The notes beneath the pieces were generated by a model, which saw only the letters and a list, made by a program, of their open reading frames with translations, was not told the DNA's origin and did no database searches. Shown one piece after another: positions 1 through 11,946 of a stretch of DNA of 42,925 bases. The stretch is from Neovahlkampfia damariscottae (taxonomy: Eukaryota), in assembly GCA_016618085.1 (NCBI GenBank), contig JABLTG010000163.1:1-42925 (forward strand), given 5' to 3'. Numbering within the stretch: the first letter of the stretch is position 1; each line of letters starts with the position of its first letter. The position numbers and the translations under genes were made by a program.

Positions 1-269
1 CTCTTCCAAGAGATTATAATGGAGCAAGAAATATATTTCTGATGAATATACAAAATTTTATTGGAAATCCAAAAACTGCCAGTACTGCTGGCGACGGTCC
101 TATCCCGAAAGAAACCTTGATTTTAATATCTGGTCTGATTAATCAGAATGAACAGAAAAGTCAGTTTTAAGATAGCGGAAAGAAGAATAGTTTTAGGTCA
201 GGTTTGAATTCTGATTTTGATTGGTTTAAATTGCCAACTTTTTATTGGTGCATCAAATTTCTCGCGAAA

Positions 270-1021
270 ATGGAAGACAAAAAAACAAAGACGATTGTTC
301 AATTCAAGGTTGGAGTTTTTGGAGCAGTAAATGTCGGTAAAACTACGCTCATTGAAAAGTTAAAGCCAAAAGAAGAACAAAACGATCAAATAATTCAAGT
401 ATTCTCAATCTGATCTAATTTTTGAAGACTCTTGGATTTGGATTTGAAAACGTAAAGTTTCAATATCATAGTTATGATTATCATATTCATTTTTATGATT
501 GTCAAGGTTGGACGGAAAATAGTATTTCGTTTTTCGTTTTTTTTAATTTCGTGAAAGGTGATCCAATATTCTTCAAAGATGTTGCTAAAGATGCTGTATT
601 CATATTATATTGTTTTGATCTTACTGATTTTAAAAGTTTGAAAGCTCTTTCAAGACCAATGAAGAAGGTGAAGGAAGTCAATGAGAAAGGTATGAATTAT
701 ATAATTATCGTGAATGTTTCTAAAAGCTAAAAAAATTCTTGTTGGAACAAAGTTTGATCTTCATGAAAAATTGTCAGAAAAAGAAAAATTGAAAATTCTC
801 AAGAACATTGAAGTTGCCAGACAATATTTAGGCAAATGTCCAGTCATGTTCACATCAGGTTTGAATATTAATTGTAATTTTGACAATTAAAAGCGACCAC
901 TGGTGAAAATACAGATTTTTTTATGGAAAGATTATTATCATGTTTCAAAAAAAATTATGTCAATGATGATCTTGCTCCAAAAAATCCAAAGTGTATTTTC
1001 AAATTACAAGATGAAGAATAA
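270..1021 (+). CDS. Rab-like small GTPase (4 introns, no C-terminal prenylation motif)
   Basis: After removing short GT-AG introns: G1 GAVNVGKT, G3 DCQG, G4 TKFD, G5 SAT. Ends KCIFKLQDEE*. Confidence 0.75.
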
Positions 1022-1497
1022 ATCAAAAATAAATTTATTTTCATTGACAAGGTTACATATTGAAAGGGTGTTTCATTGAATCACCACATGAACCAAAAAA
1101 TACATTCATAGAAATTTCCAATCAATTATTCTTCTCAAGATGATTGAATTCATTCTAATCTAAAACTTTGAAGACCACATGTCTTTTAAAGTTTAATTCT
1201 TTCTAAAATCACGAATTCGTTGTTGATTAAACTAAATCAATCTTTTTCATTCGAAGTTTGCTTCCAACTTTTTTTCTTCCAATGAAAATTCTCCATTTTT
1301 TTGGAATTTGATAAACCAATCAACAATTTGGCATAAACAAAAAATCTGTTTTCCAAATGAACAAGTCCATCGTCAAAAACGAAAATAATACAAATATTCT
1401 CAATTTGAAAATAGTTCGTAAATTTTTCTTTCTATAATCGATTTTAACGCATAAAAGTTCAAATAAGATCTATGGGAATTCAAAAAAGGGTGTACTT

Positions 1498-2209
1498 TTA
1501 AAGTTCCATCAAATCAATGCAACTTTTGAAGCTTTTGCTGCAATTCTTCTCCAAAGCATACCAAATGAACTCTATTGGATTCATATCAGGGCTTCAAGCT
1601 GGATGATCCCACAATGGTATTTCTAAAGTGTCAATCAATTTCATTGTTTCTTTTGCTGTATGAGTCGAATCTCCATCTTGTCAAGAGATGTTTTTATTAC
1701 AACATCAATGATTTTTCTATTATCATCACCATTTAATTTCTTGTCAAAAAATCAAATCTGTTTTGAAATAATAACTAATGCCAGCAAATTGCTTATTTAA
1801 GGATTTTCCATGAGGTATTTTATAATCTTCGTAAGGTTTTCCAACAAAATGATAATACCTTCTTGTTTCCAATTGATGTAAAGATGCTGTTTCATCATAA
1901 AACTGATCTTTTTTTATTTTTTCCAATATGTTTTTTTGCAACATCAGTTAATAAGTGTTTAAATCGTTGGTGGTGTGCAATAACTCGATGTTTTTGATCC
2001 CATTTCTCTATTGTGCTGAGTGATCGTGCATTTTTTGGATCATCTTTCTTCCAAATATCATGACGTTCTTTCGGTGATTTTGTTGGATATTTTGTTATAT
2101 AACTGATAAAAATCTCATCTGAATATTCTTTTGGTCTTCCACTTCTTGGTCTCTCGTCATATGAGTTATTATTTTTAATTAAATAGACGCAACATTGTGA
2201 ATCCTTCAA
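1498..2209 (-). pseudogene. Degenerate Tc1/IS630-family DD34E transposase
   Basis: RPRSGRPK linker, FYDET (first D), then QDGDSTH...HPA*SPDMNPIEFIW with 34 residues between D and E. Contains frameshifts and an in-frame TGA. TIRs not found. Confidence 0.85.
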
Positions 2210-2490
2210 AAATCAAAGTTTTTAATTTTTATTGGAGGAAAAAAGTAATGACTTTCTTCACAAAAACAACAGGAAGAAGAAAAAAAAATTTTTCAATGAT
2301 ATAAATGAAGGAGTTCTTCGTAGTCAAACCATCTTGCTAATTGTCACAACCTCAAGCAGAAAACTTCATTTCCAAGTTTTTACAGATACAGTCTTGTTAT
2401 TTCAGAATTTGCAAAATTCTTGATTCAAAATTTTCAAAACGAATTTGATGAATACCTTGTTCATCAAGATTTCAATTTTTTGAGTTTTAT

Positions 2491-2688
2491 TAAGACTCCA
2501 GTATAATTAGTCATGTTACTAGAATAAACCTTGGTTTTCAACTTGAAGTATGGCATTCCAACTGACTGAATAGCGTTTTTTCTACTAACATAACTTTATT
2601 CCAACTAAGTAACGTTACTCCAACCAAGTCATGTTATCCCAACTAAGTGGTGTTTCTACCAAATGAGTCGTGTTACTCTTACTGAGTC
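2491..2688 (+). repeat. Left 198-bp inverted repeat containing 19-20 bp subrepeats
   Basis: Direct base-by-base comparison with 4136-4333. Units include ccaactaagtaacgttact and ccaaccaagtcatgttatc. Confidence 0.97.
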
Positions 2689-2910
2689 ATGATATCAAGA
2701 AAAAGTTCTTTAGTTGAAATTAGTATTATGACAGAATATCAAGGCTGGAAATTTATTTCAGTTTTGAACATTGGAATTATCAGTAATTGGTTCAAATGTG
2801 TCAAACAAGTCTAAATAAGAGTATAATTCATTTCACTAAAGTATCTTTAATTTCAATAGTAGTGATGGGATTTTATTGCATTGTTTGTAAAAGATACACC
2901 ATAATTTTTA

Positions 2911-3336
2911 TTACTTCAATTTTCCGGATAATTCACTAATGATATGTGCGCCAATCATGCCTGCAATGTTGTGCTTTTTTAGTTCATCAATCCAATAATC
3001 TTCAGGTGTAAAAACAATTTTTGTTTCATAACTGGAGTTTATTCGGATTGGAACTTTATAGCCTTTTGTGATGAGATTATTTTTTGTTTCATTATAAAAT
3101 ATATCATTTTCGACTAAAATTTCGAGAAAATCATCAATTTTGTCCTTCTTTAAGGTGATAATTGATACAGGTAATCCTGAATCCAAATAAAAATTAGAGT
3201 TATGATTAAAAATTATTTTTTTTCCAATATCCATAATTATTTCACCCTCAAAATAAAATCTATTTTGAGAATTTTTAATTGTAAACTGATTATTTTTTAA
3301 GGTAATTTTTGTTTCAATGATTTTTGAAACAGACAT
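2911..3336 (-). CDS. Retropepsin-like (clan AA) aspartic protease
   Basis: 141 aa, intronless. FYLDSGLPVSII matches the hhD[ST]G catalytic motif, and C-terminal GMIGAHII matches the hhG psi-loop/helix motif. Confidence 0.6.
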   Translation of the reverse strand: MSVSKIIETKITLKNNQFTIKNSQNRFYFEGEIIMDIGKKIIFNHNSNFYLDSGLPVSIITLKKDKIDDFLEILVENDIFYNETKNNLITKGYKVPIRINSSYETKIVFTPEDYWIDELKKHNIAGMIGAHIISELSGKLK

Positions 3337-3392
3337 CAAATTTTAGCCTTTATTTTTTGTAAATTTTTAATCGGTCCATAAATTTGAAGAAA

Positions 3393-3968
3393 ATGTTTAC
3401 GGTTGAAGAAGACCGATGCCTAACAAAAGATGAATGGGACATCATAAATTCTCGTAAATCCAATCCTCCAAAATATCCAGAAGAATATGAAAAGTTTTGG
3501 TCAAACTTGACAGAGGAAGAAAAAAAAAAGATTGAGCCTTCACAAGAAGAATTAAAAAAATTAAAGGAGCGCTACAGCAAACCTAAAAAATTGGAAAAAA
3601 TTGATCCTACATCTTTTGGTATTGATGAAAAGCGAGAAAATCCTCACAAGACAAAAATTGTAAAACAAATGGAAGGAAACACTGAATTGGATTCAGATGA
3701 TGTGATGAATCTTTCTATGCATGCCCAAATATTTTTCAAAAGTGGAACTCCTGTCTCTGGTAACGCATATTATACGTATGAATTGAATAATGAATCTTCT
3801 AAAATTTATGAAAACCTATCCAAAGACGAACTCTCTGGACTCAAAGAAACAGCATCACAGCTTCGTTCTTTTTCAGAAAAAAAAGGAAGAGGAAACAATG
3901 TTGCAACTTCTGAAGAAAAAAATCTGATATCAAACTTAATAGAACAAATTGAAAAGATTAAAATTTAA
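3393..3968 (+). CDS. Hypothetical charged protein (cargo of the TIR element)
   Basis: Open 191-codon intronless ORF, divergent from the protease across 56 nt. No motif recognised. Confidence 0.65.
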   Translation: MFTVEEDRCLTKDEWDIINSRKSNPPKYPEEYEKFWSNLTEEEKKKIEPSQEELKKLKERYSKPKKLEKIDPTSFGIDEKRENPHKTKIVKQMEGNTELDSDDVMNLSMHAQIFFKSGTPVSGNAYYTYELNNESSKIYENLSKDELSGLKETASQLRSFSEKKGRGNNVATSEEKNLISNLIEQIEKIKI

Positions 3969-4135
3969 ATTTTTTTATTTTTGATGAAATTTTCCAATAA
4001 AACTGATATTCAAGAAGTGCTGGCGAACAATTAGAAAATTTATTTTCCACAAAATCCATGTTTCAAGTAAAAACAAGATTTTTCATTTTGAAGTGTCTTG
4101 TTATTCAGAAAAGCGTGACTTTTCTTATACAACAC

Positions 4136-4333
4136 GACTCAGTAAGAGTAACACGACTCATTTGGTAGAAACACCACTTAGTTGGGATAACATGACTTGG
4201 TTGGAGTAACGTTACTTAGTTGGAATAAAGTTATGTTAGTAGAAAAAACGCTATTCAGTCAGTTGGAATGCCATACTTCAAGTTGAAAACCAAGGTTTAT
4301 TCTAGTAACATGACTAATTATACAGGAGTCTTA
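4136..4333 (-). repeat. Right 198-bp inverted repeat
   Basis: Reverse complement of 2491-2688. Confidence 0.97.
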
Positions 4334-4475
4334 TTGAATTTTTGAAAAAGAATTTGAAAAATGAAATATTTTCAGATATTTTATTCAAAACCCAATGAAC
4401 AGTTCCAATGAAAAACACTGAAATGATAAATTGTTCAAATTTAAATTAAAATGAATTAGAAATCATAATGCTTAT

Positions 4476-5362
4476 TTATTTAATAAAAGGTCTAAAAGGA
4501 TCATCATTTTTAATACAATTAGCAATTTCATTTTCATCATCTACTTCAATTTTAACATTTGAAAATAATTCTAAATTTTTAAATATTTCATCTTGAACAA
4601 ATTGAAATGGTTTAATCCAACCTTTTTGTTGATTTTTATTACACTTATAATAGATAATATTAAAATTATCTTTTTGAATTGACGAAGAAAAGTACAATTT
4701 TGAAATAATAAATTTTGGCCATAAAGTTGGTGAATCGAATAAATTGGCAATTGACAAACCTTTTGATGTCCAATATGAACAATTTCCCTTTTCAGTTGCA
4801 TTTGAAAATCCAAATAATTTTGAGAATGATGTCAATAAAGTGTATCCTCTTTTGCCATTTAAATTATCATTATCCAATTCTTTAAAAAATTCATCCATTT
4901 TTTTAATTAAATCTTCATCATATTCCTCAATTCTAAATCCAACAAAACTTCTATTATAAATTCCTCCTTGTTCTGATCCATCCACTTGAGTAATATTTGG
5001 ATCAGAAAATAAATAATGTTTTGGGTCAATAAAATGAACCATTTTCATTGTTGGTAATCCTACAATATTCATTAATTTTTGAGTACCATCTTTTAAAGTA
5101 TATTTTACACATGCATGTCCATAACTATTGAATTTAAAGTCATTTGAATGATTTACGGATTTTGTGAAGAATCACTTGAAAATAATTTTGAAAATCTAAA
5201 TTTAAATGATTGAACTGGATTCACATAAATATATTCTATTGCTGGTGGTTTATTTCTTCCTATTGTTTTATCAATTTCACTCAAAATGGTTTCTTTATTT
5301 TTTATTTCAAAATGTTTGTCTCTTTTAATGGATTTATGAATTAGTTTTTTTAACTTTAACAT
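4476..5362 (-). CDS. Hypothetical protein, possibly a permuted papain-like (His before Cys) enzyme
   Basis: One short intron near 5125-5157 joins the ORFs to give NPYGHACVKY, followed downstream by KGNCSYWTS. CCAAT box at about 5398. Confidence 0.55.
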
Positions 5363-5421
5363 CCCAACAGTTTGTTCAATTGTCAAATCAAATGGACCAA
5401 TCAAATTGATGAAAATTTATT

Positions 5422-8076
5422 TTAAAATTTGATTGAAGAAAAATGTTTTGATTGCAATTGATTAAATTTTATACTTTTAATTGTATTTTGAAAATAATCA
5501 ACTAAATTTTCATTTTGTTCTTCATAATCTGAAATCTTATCATTTATGATTGAAATAATTTTGTTAATTAAATCAGCAGATAAATGATCATTTTTTAAGT
5601 TAAAGTGATAAAGATAAATGTTCAAAACTTCAACAAACAATGGAATTTGTTCATTTTCCATGCAAGATTTAATAATACCTTTAAAGAAGATTAAGAAATG
5701 AAATAGATTACCAAGAGACCATTTTAAACATTCCAATGACTTTTCAGTTGAAACTTCTGATTTTTTTGGGAAGAATAAAATTGAACATAAAGCACCACAT
5801 TTTGATTGGTCTGATTTTCTTAATAATTTCGCTGAATATTGACATAATTTTGTACTTAAGGTTTCAAAATGATCTGATTCAATATCAACAATTAAAATTG
5901 TATTGATTAATTCAATCAATAATTTTGGTTGTAATTTTGATTCTGCTTCTTCATAAAGTATAAATGCTTCTGAAACACAATTATAAAGTGCAGTTGTATT
6001 TCCACATCTATTTGCACATAAAACAGTTTGAAGAAATAATTTGAATCCCATTTTACTTTCTTTTTGACTTAATACTTTTATAATTTCAACAACATATTGA
6101 AATACTTTAACATCTGTAAATTTACCATTTGAATTTTTCAAAATCTCTGCTAATTTTAAATATGAAAATATTAAAGGTGGTAATCTAAAATTAAATTCAA
6201 ATTTATCTTACGTATAAGGTACTCTTTTAAAACCACCTTGTCCAAATTGTTTTCTTGCAATTGCATACATTTTAAATAATTCATCTGGATCTTCATTTCT
6301 AAATAAACTTAATATTTTAGTAACTAATTGTTGTTCAGAGATAAATTCCTTTTTGATTTATTAAAATTAAATTCAATCATACTTCATCAATTAATTTATT
6401 TTCTTCTTCTTCTTCTTCTTCTTCATCATCATCATCCGATTTTGTTAATGGATGAATAATTTCAAATAATTGATTAATTTCTTCCATTGATGTGATATAA
6501 ATTTGATCTTGTGATATTTTTTCTAAAATTGAAATTGAAATCTCTTTTTTATCATCAAATGAAAGTAAATTATAAATATTTAAAAATCCATCCATTTCTA
6601 AAACATCTAATAAATTAGATACATCATATGTTGATTTCAATAATCCTATAATTTTACCAGCAACTGTTGCTTTTGATGTACTATTTATATTAAAATATAT
6701 AACTAAAGGATATTTACTCAAATTTACTTGATAATTCAGAACAATCATTTAATATTTTTTCAATTGAAGATAAATCTTTTGGAAAACATGAAACACTTAA
6801 ATGAGATAATGCAGTTTGAATTGAAAGATATTCAACAATATTACTTTTCTATGTTTAGATATTAATATCCAATCAAAAAAGAATACTTGTAATATTTGAG
6901 ATGTATATTCTGAAAATATTTGAACAACATTAATATCTTGTGGTACATCTTGAGGATTTTCAGTTACAAATTTAGCTAATCTTTGCATTAAAGAAACAAA
7001 AATAATTCTTAAATCAACACCTTCTGAAAGTTCTAAACAAGTTTGACAAAATAATGGAAGTGTTTGAATATGATATTCATCTGGAAATGTCTTTTTAAAA
7101 TATTAATATTTTTTTTGATTTGGTTCAAACTTGAATGATACAATACATTAAATATTGTTGACATAATTTATCTTTCGTATTTAATATAATTTCAAGACAT
7201 TTTGGTAATATTATATCTTTATATAATTCTAAATCAATACCATATAAGTTTGATATTCTATCTAAACTACCACCAACAATATCACTTAAATCTTTTCTTT
7301 CTGTTTCTCTTTGTTCATTTTCATCTTTTGATTTTAAACGTACCCATAAATTAACCATTTCTTTAAAATTAGAAATTAAAAATTCAATAGAATCTTTAAG
7401 TGATCCTCCTTTTCCAATATACTCATTTTCTTTTTCAGGTAATTTATCACGACACATTTTAAGTAAAAATAATCTTAAAAATAATGATCTAGTTGGATGT
7501 TGTACTCCTATAAGTATTATTTAATAATATATTGATTCTTTTTACCTTTACACATTTCAAGTAAATCTTGAAGTACTTCTTTTGCTGGTCTCTCTTGTGA
7601 TTTTATAAATGTTGCACTGGCCATAATTGTCATATAAAGTCTAGGTACAATTCTTTGACTTTGTTGAACTACATGATGTAATAAATAAAAAATAAAATAA
7701 TAAAATACCTAATTCAAAATATGGTAGAATTGGTTGTTTCTTTGACAACTTTTCTCTAAAAAACATATCAAGATGTGTTAATTCATCAAATACCGCCATA
7801 TCTAAAGAAGAAAGGTTTTGTTAAAAAAGGTATCGCTTTTTTACAAAGTTTATAGTATAATTTTGGTAATAATATTGAAATTCTTAATTCTTGTAACATT
7901 TCTTCACAGTACTTCATGGCAATTTTGAAGTTATCTTCTTTTAAAGCTTTTTGTAAATAATAAGTATAACTTTTTAATTTATCAAAAATTTCTTTCAACT
8001 TTGCTTCTTGTACTTCAATAGGAGTGTAGACAGCTTGATCAATTTCTTGTTCTTGGTAAAGTAAAGGTGAAGACAT
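5422..8076 (-). CDS. VPS35: Retromer subunit VPS35
   Basis: Spliced product contains PKLYYKLY, IVPRLY, MCKGVQHP, QQYLMYCIIQTFPDEYH and YSAKLLRKSDQ. About 8 short GT-AG introns. Confidence 0.95.
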
Positions 8077-8118
8077 GCTTCCAAAAAATTTGATTGGCTC
8101 AAAAAAAAATTGTTTTTA

Positions 8119-8307
8119 TTATTTAGAACCAAGTAATTTTTGATTTTTTAATATTTCAATTGTTTTTCTTTTTCTTAATTTTACATATTTTTTCCATACA
8201 CCTTTAAAACTAATTCCAAACATCAATAATGAAGTTATTATTATTTCAAACCATTCCTAAATTTAGTTTAAATTCAATTTTAATACCATTCCTAGAAATA
8301 AACCCAT
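8119..8307 (-). CDS. 52-aa single-pass membrane microprotein (not in ORF track)
   Basis: ATG at 8307, 30-nt GT-AG intron at 8257-8286. Product MGLFLGMEWFEIIITSLLMFGISFKGVWKKYVKLRKRKTIEILKNQKLLGSK*. Has its own CCAAT box at about 8362. Confidence 0.55.
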
Positions 8308-8410
8308 GATATTTACCTTTGTTTTATCTGAGTTGATTGCACAAAAAAACAGTGGATGCTCATTGGTCAAAATTTGAACCAATTATCACACTATATACTT
8401 TGTTTCATGT

Positions 8411-10611
8411 ATGAATGAAGTTCAAAATGAATATGTGGTTTCTTCATGGTATAACTCAATTCATGATTCAAAAATCACAAATTTTGAAGTAAAAGAAGAA
8501 GTTATATTTTCTTCTTCCATTGATTCAACAATTCGAACTTGGAATTCAAAAAAGAATATAATTTATGGTTCAAATTCATTAGAACCAATATCAACATTCA
8601 AAATAAAAGAAAATTTAATGAGTTTAAAATAATACAAATTCTAACAAATTTTGAAGTATCAGGAGGAGGATTAAACGGAACTATCACGATTTGGGACATA
8701 GAAAAACATAAACATATTCAAAGTTTTCATTTTCAAGAGAATAGTTCAATTAAGTTTATTCATTTTTTTGAAGAAAATAAAAATGAATTCTTGAGTGTGA
8801 CTTCAAAAGATGAAATAAATTATTGGAATTTGAACCAATTAAAAAATTGCAGAACAATACAAAATGATGATGAATCAATCATTTCTGTTTCAACTTTTAA
8901 TAACAATAAAGTTATGTTCACAAATTCAAATGGAAAAGTGAAATTATTGAACCAATTAAAATTAAAAGAAATTTTTGATTTAAAGAAAGATTTAAAATTA
9001 TTTTCAAATTATTTTGATTCAAACTATTTGTTTTATTATTCAAATGTTATTTTATTTTTTTTTGATTATCGTTTTGAAAATGGAAAAGAAATTTTATTAA
9101 CCAATAATTATTCATTCAAAAAAATACTACATATAAATGAAAATGAAATGATATTTTTAAATTCTTTAAATCAAATTGAACTATTAGACAAGAGAACATT
9201 CAATTTTTTTATCATCTTTGAAAATGATGAAGAGATTATTGATATTAAATATTTCAATAATGATCAAATTTTAATTTTGAGTAAAAATGAAATTGGTCAA
9301 TTATTTGATTTTAGAATGAATAAAATATTGAAAGAATTTAATAAATTTGAAAAACCAAAAGAAGATGAATTAAAAATTAAAAAGAGATTAAGAAATAAAC
9401 AATTAAATGATGTTAAAATCACTTATCAAAAAAATAGAATTCAATACATTCAATATTTAAATAATAATCAAATCTTAATACAATACTCAAAGTTTGATTC
9501 AAAAAAATACTTGAATAGTGAGAAAGGAAGAGATGAAAATGATTTATTAAAAGGAACAACAATATATGATATTTTTGAAATATACTCAATATTGAACTTG
9601 AAGGAACCAATATTTAAATGGAACATTGAAAGAAAGTTTGAAAAAAAAGGTTGTTGTTTTGAGTATTTATCCAATGAAAATCAATCAACATTTGACCAAT
9701 TGAATGAAGAATTAAAATATTTACAAAATTTAAATACAACTAATTTAAAATGTTTAATATTAAACTCAAATGAAATATTAATTTTCCACTCAAAATCAAT
9801 TAACATTTATACAAAAATATTAAACATTTCAAAAATGAAGTTTTATGATTTATATTTCAATTTTGAACAAACATTGACCTCAGTGAAACATCATAATAAT
9901 TTAATATTTTTTGGATTTGAAAATGGATTCATTTTTATCTTTTCATTAAAAGAAAAAAAATTTTTAAGAGAAATTCAATTTTTAAAAAATGAAAAAGTGA
10001 ATGAATTTTATTTTCAACAAAATATAATTTTTATAAAATATCAAACAAAGATAATTAAAATTGAAGGAAATGATTATAAAATATTTGATAAACTATTAAT
10101 GAATGAATCAAACATTAATTTAAAGAATGATAAATTGATTTTGATTGATAAACTTGGATCTATATTATTTGATAAAGAGATATTCAAAATATCAGATTAT
10201 CCAATTTTAAGAATATTTGAAAATAGTAATGATGATGATGATGATACTAAATTATCATTTAAGAATTGGACATCAATAGATAGAAATGTTGATTCATTTA
10301 ATTTAATTGATATTAAAGGAAATACATTTAATTTTACATCAGAAAAAAGAATTAAAAAATTAAAGTCAAAACAAACTATTTTTGATTTTATTAGAATTGG
10401 ATTAAATTCATTCGCAATTCATTTTATTAAACATAATTCTGAAAATGAATTAAATGAAATAGAAAAGAAATTAATATTAAAAAATGATGGAAATGTGTTT
10501 CATAATAAATCAATGATACTTGAAATATTCCAATCAAATGAAGAAAATAATGACCAATCAGAATTTAAGATTATTGGAAAATATGAAAAATATTATTGTA
10601 TTTTCATTTAA
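8411..10611 (+). CDS. WD40-repeat protein
   Basis: SSSIDSTIRTWN and SGGGLNGTITIWD repeats. One intron near 8622-8656. Confidence 0.75.
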
Positions 10612-10615
10612 AAAT

Positions 10616-11761
10616 TTAATGTTTTGGTAATGAACTTGGTCTGATGTAATGATTTCTAACTTGCCACAAATCTTGAAATACTCTATATTCCGTTGTTTTA
10701 TCTAAATATTCAACACCTGAAGAACCACCTGTCCCTATTCTTTTTCCAATCATTCTTTCAACCATTCTTGCGTGTCTTGTTTTCCATAAAATTAAAGATT
10801 CTTCAAATGCAACTAAAGAGTCTAATAAATTTGAATATCTTGTAATTTCATCATCATATTTATAACATGAAATATATAATAATGTAATTCTTCTTTTTCT
10901 TACATTATCACTTAAACCTTCTTGATTAATAAATGGTTCAAAATGAGAATATTCTTTTTCAACTTCTTGTTTGATTTTATCTTCATCTTTATACCATATC
11001 TTTTTTTGAAAATATAAATTATCTTTTTTTGCTTTTTTGAAGTCATCTAAAAAATTATTAGGTACTTTATCGTGTAATGTTGAGAGCCAATCATAAACGA
11101 CATCTTTTAAACTTTTTTCTTTTAATCTTTTTTCAATTTTTGATAATCCTTCTTTATCATGTTTTAAAACTGTTGCATAATGTTTTCCATAGTATAATTG
11201 TCTTTCTTTATCTTCTAATCCTAATAAAATTTCAATTTCTCTATTTTGAACACTTTGAAAACCACTTGCAGGTCCAATAAAATCTCTAAATTCAAGAAAA
11301 TCTAATGGTGACATCTATACAATGTATTTTAAATCAAATATTTCATTTACTGTTTCTAAAATATCAAAGATTCCTAATGAAAAGTTCATAATTTTTTCTG
11401 CACGAAATGCTCTACTACAAATTCTTTCAATATTTTCAATATTCAATTTTTCATTTTGTAAAATATCTCTGACGTTTGTCAATTCATGAAGTCTTAAAAA
11501 AGTTAATTTTTTTTTTGTCAAACATTTGTGCAAACCAAAGTTCAAAACTTTGATGAACAACAAGAAACAAATGTTCATCATGATGATTTCTACCACCTTT
11601 AACATCGGAGTTTTGAAGTTTTAATAACTCATTTGGCCTTTTCTTTGTTAAAATCAATTTTTGTGTTGTTACATGATATAGTTACTATAGGTAATATTGT
11701 ATTCCATGTAGTTTTTTCTTTCCTTTTTTTCAATTTCTTTTTCTTCTTTTTGTTGTGACAT
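10616..11761 (-). CDS. TDO2: Tryptophan 2,3-dioxygenase
   Basis: HHDEHLFLVVHQSFELWF, FLEFRDFIGPASGFQSVQ and MVERMIGKRIGTGGSSGVEYL. 3 introns. Confidence 0.95.
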
Positions 11762-11946
11762 TGTGGTGTTTTTCAGTTATTAACTCTCTCCAATCAGAAT
11801 GAATTGCCTTCTATTGGTCAAATAAACAAAATTGAATTTTTTGTCCCCAAAAGTAAATTTTATTTTAATAAAAGTTCAAATAAAGTATGAATAAAATTTA
11901 ACCAATCAAAAACTCAACTAGAAACAAAACATTTTGAGAAGAGAAA

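Larger units (their letters stand above)
2491..4333. mobile_element. Non-autonomous long-TIR DNA element carrying two head-to-head intronless genes
   Basis: 2491-2688 is the reverse complement of 4136-4333 (197/198 identical; mismatch at 2500/4324). Ends read TTAA|GA...TC|TTAT or TA|AG...CT|TA. No transposase motif inside. Confidence 0.8.

Noticed and set aside
1055..1500. aaagggtgt words at about 1063 and 1486 as Tc1 TIR starts
   Set aside because: No matching inverted copy was found on the other side of the transposase.
2581..2696. CRISPR-like array
   Set aside because: The units are contiguous and degenerate, with no unique spacers and no cas genes, in a eukaryotic context.
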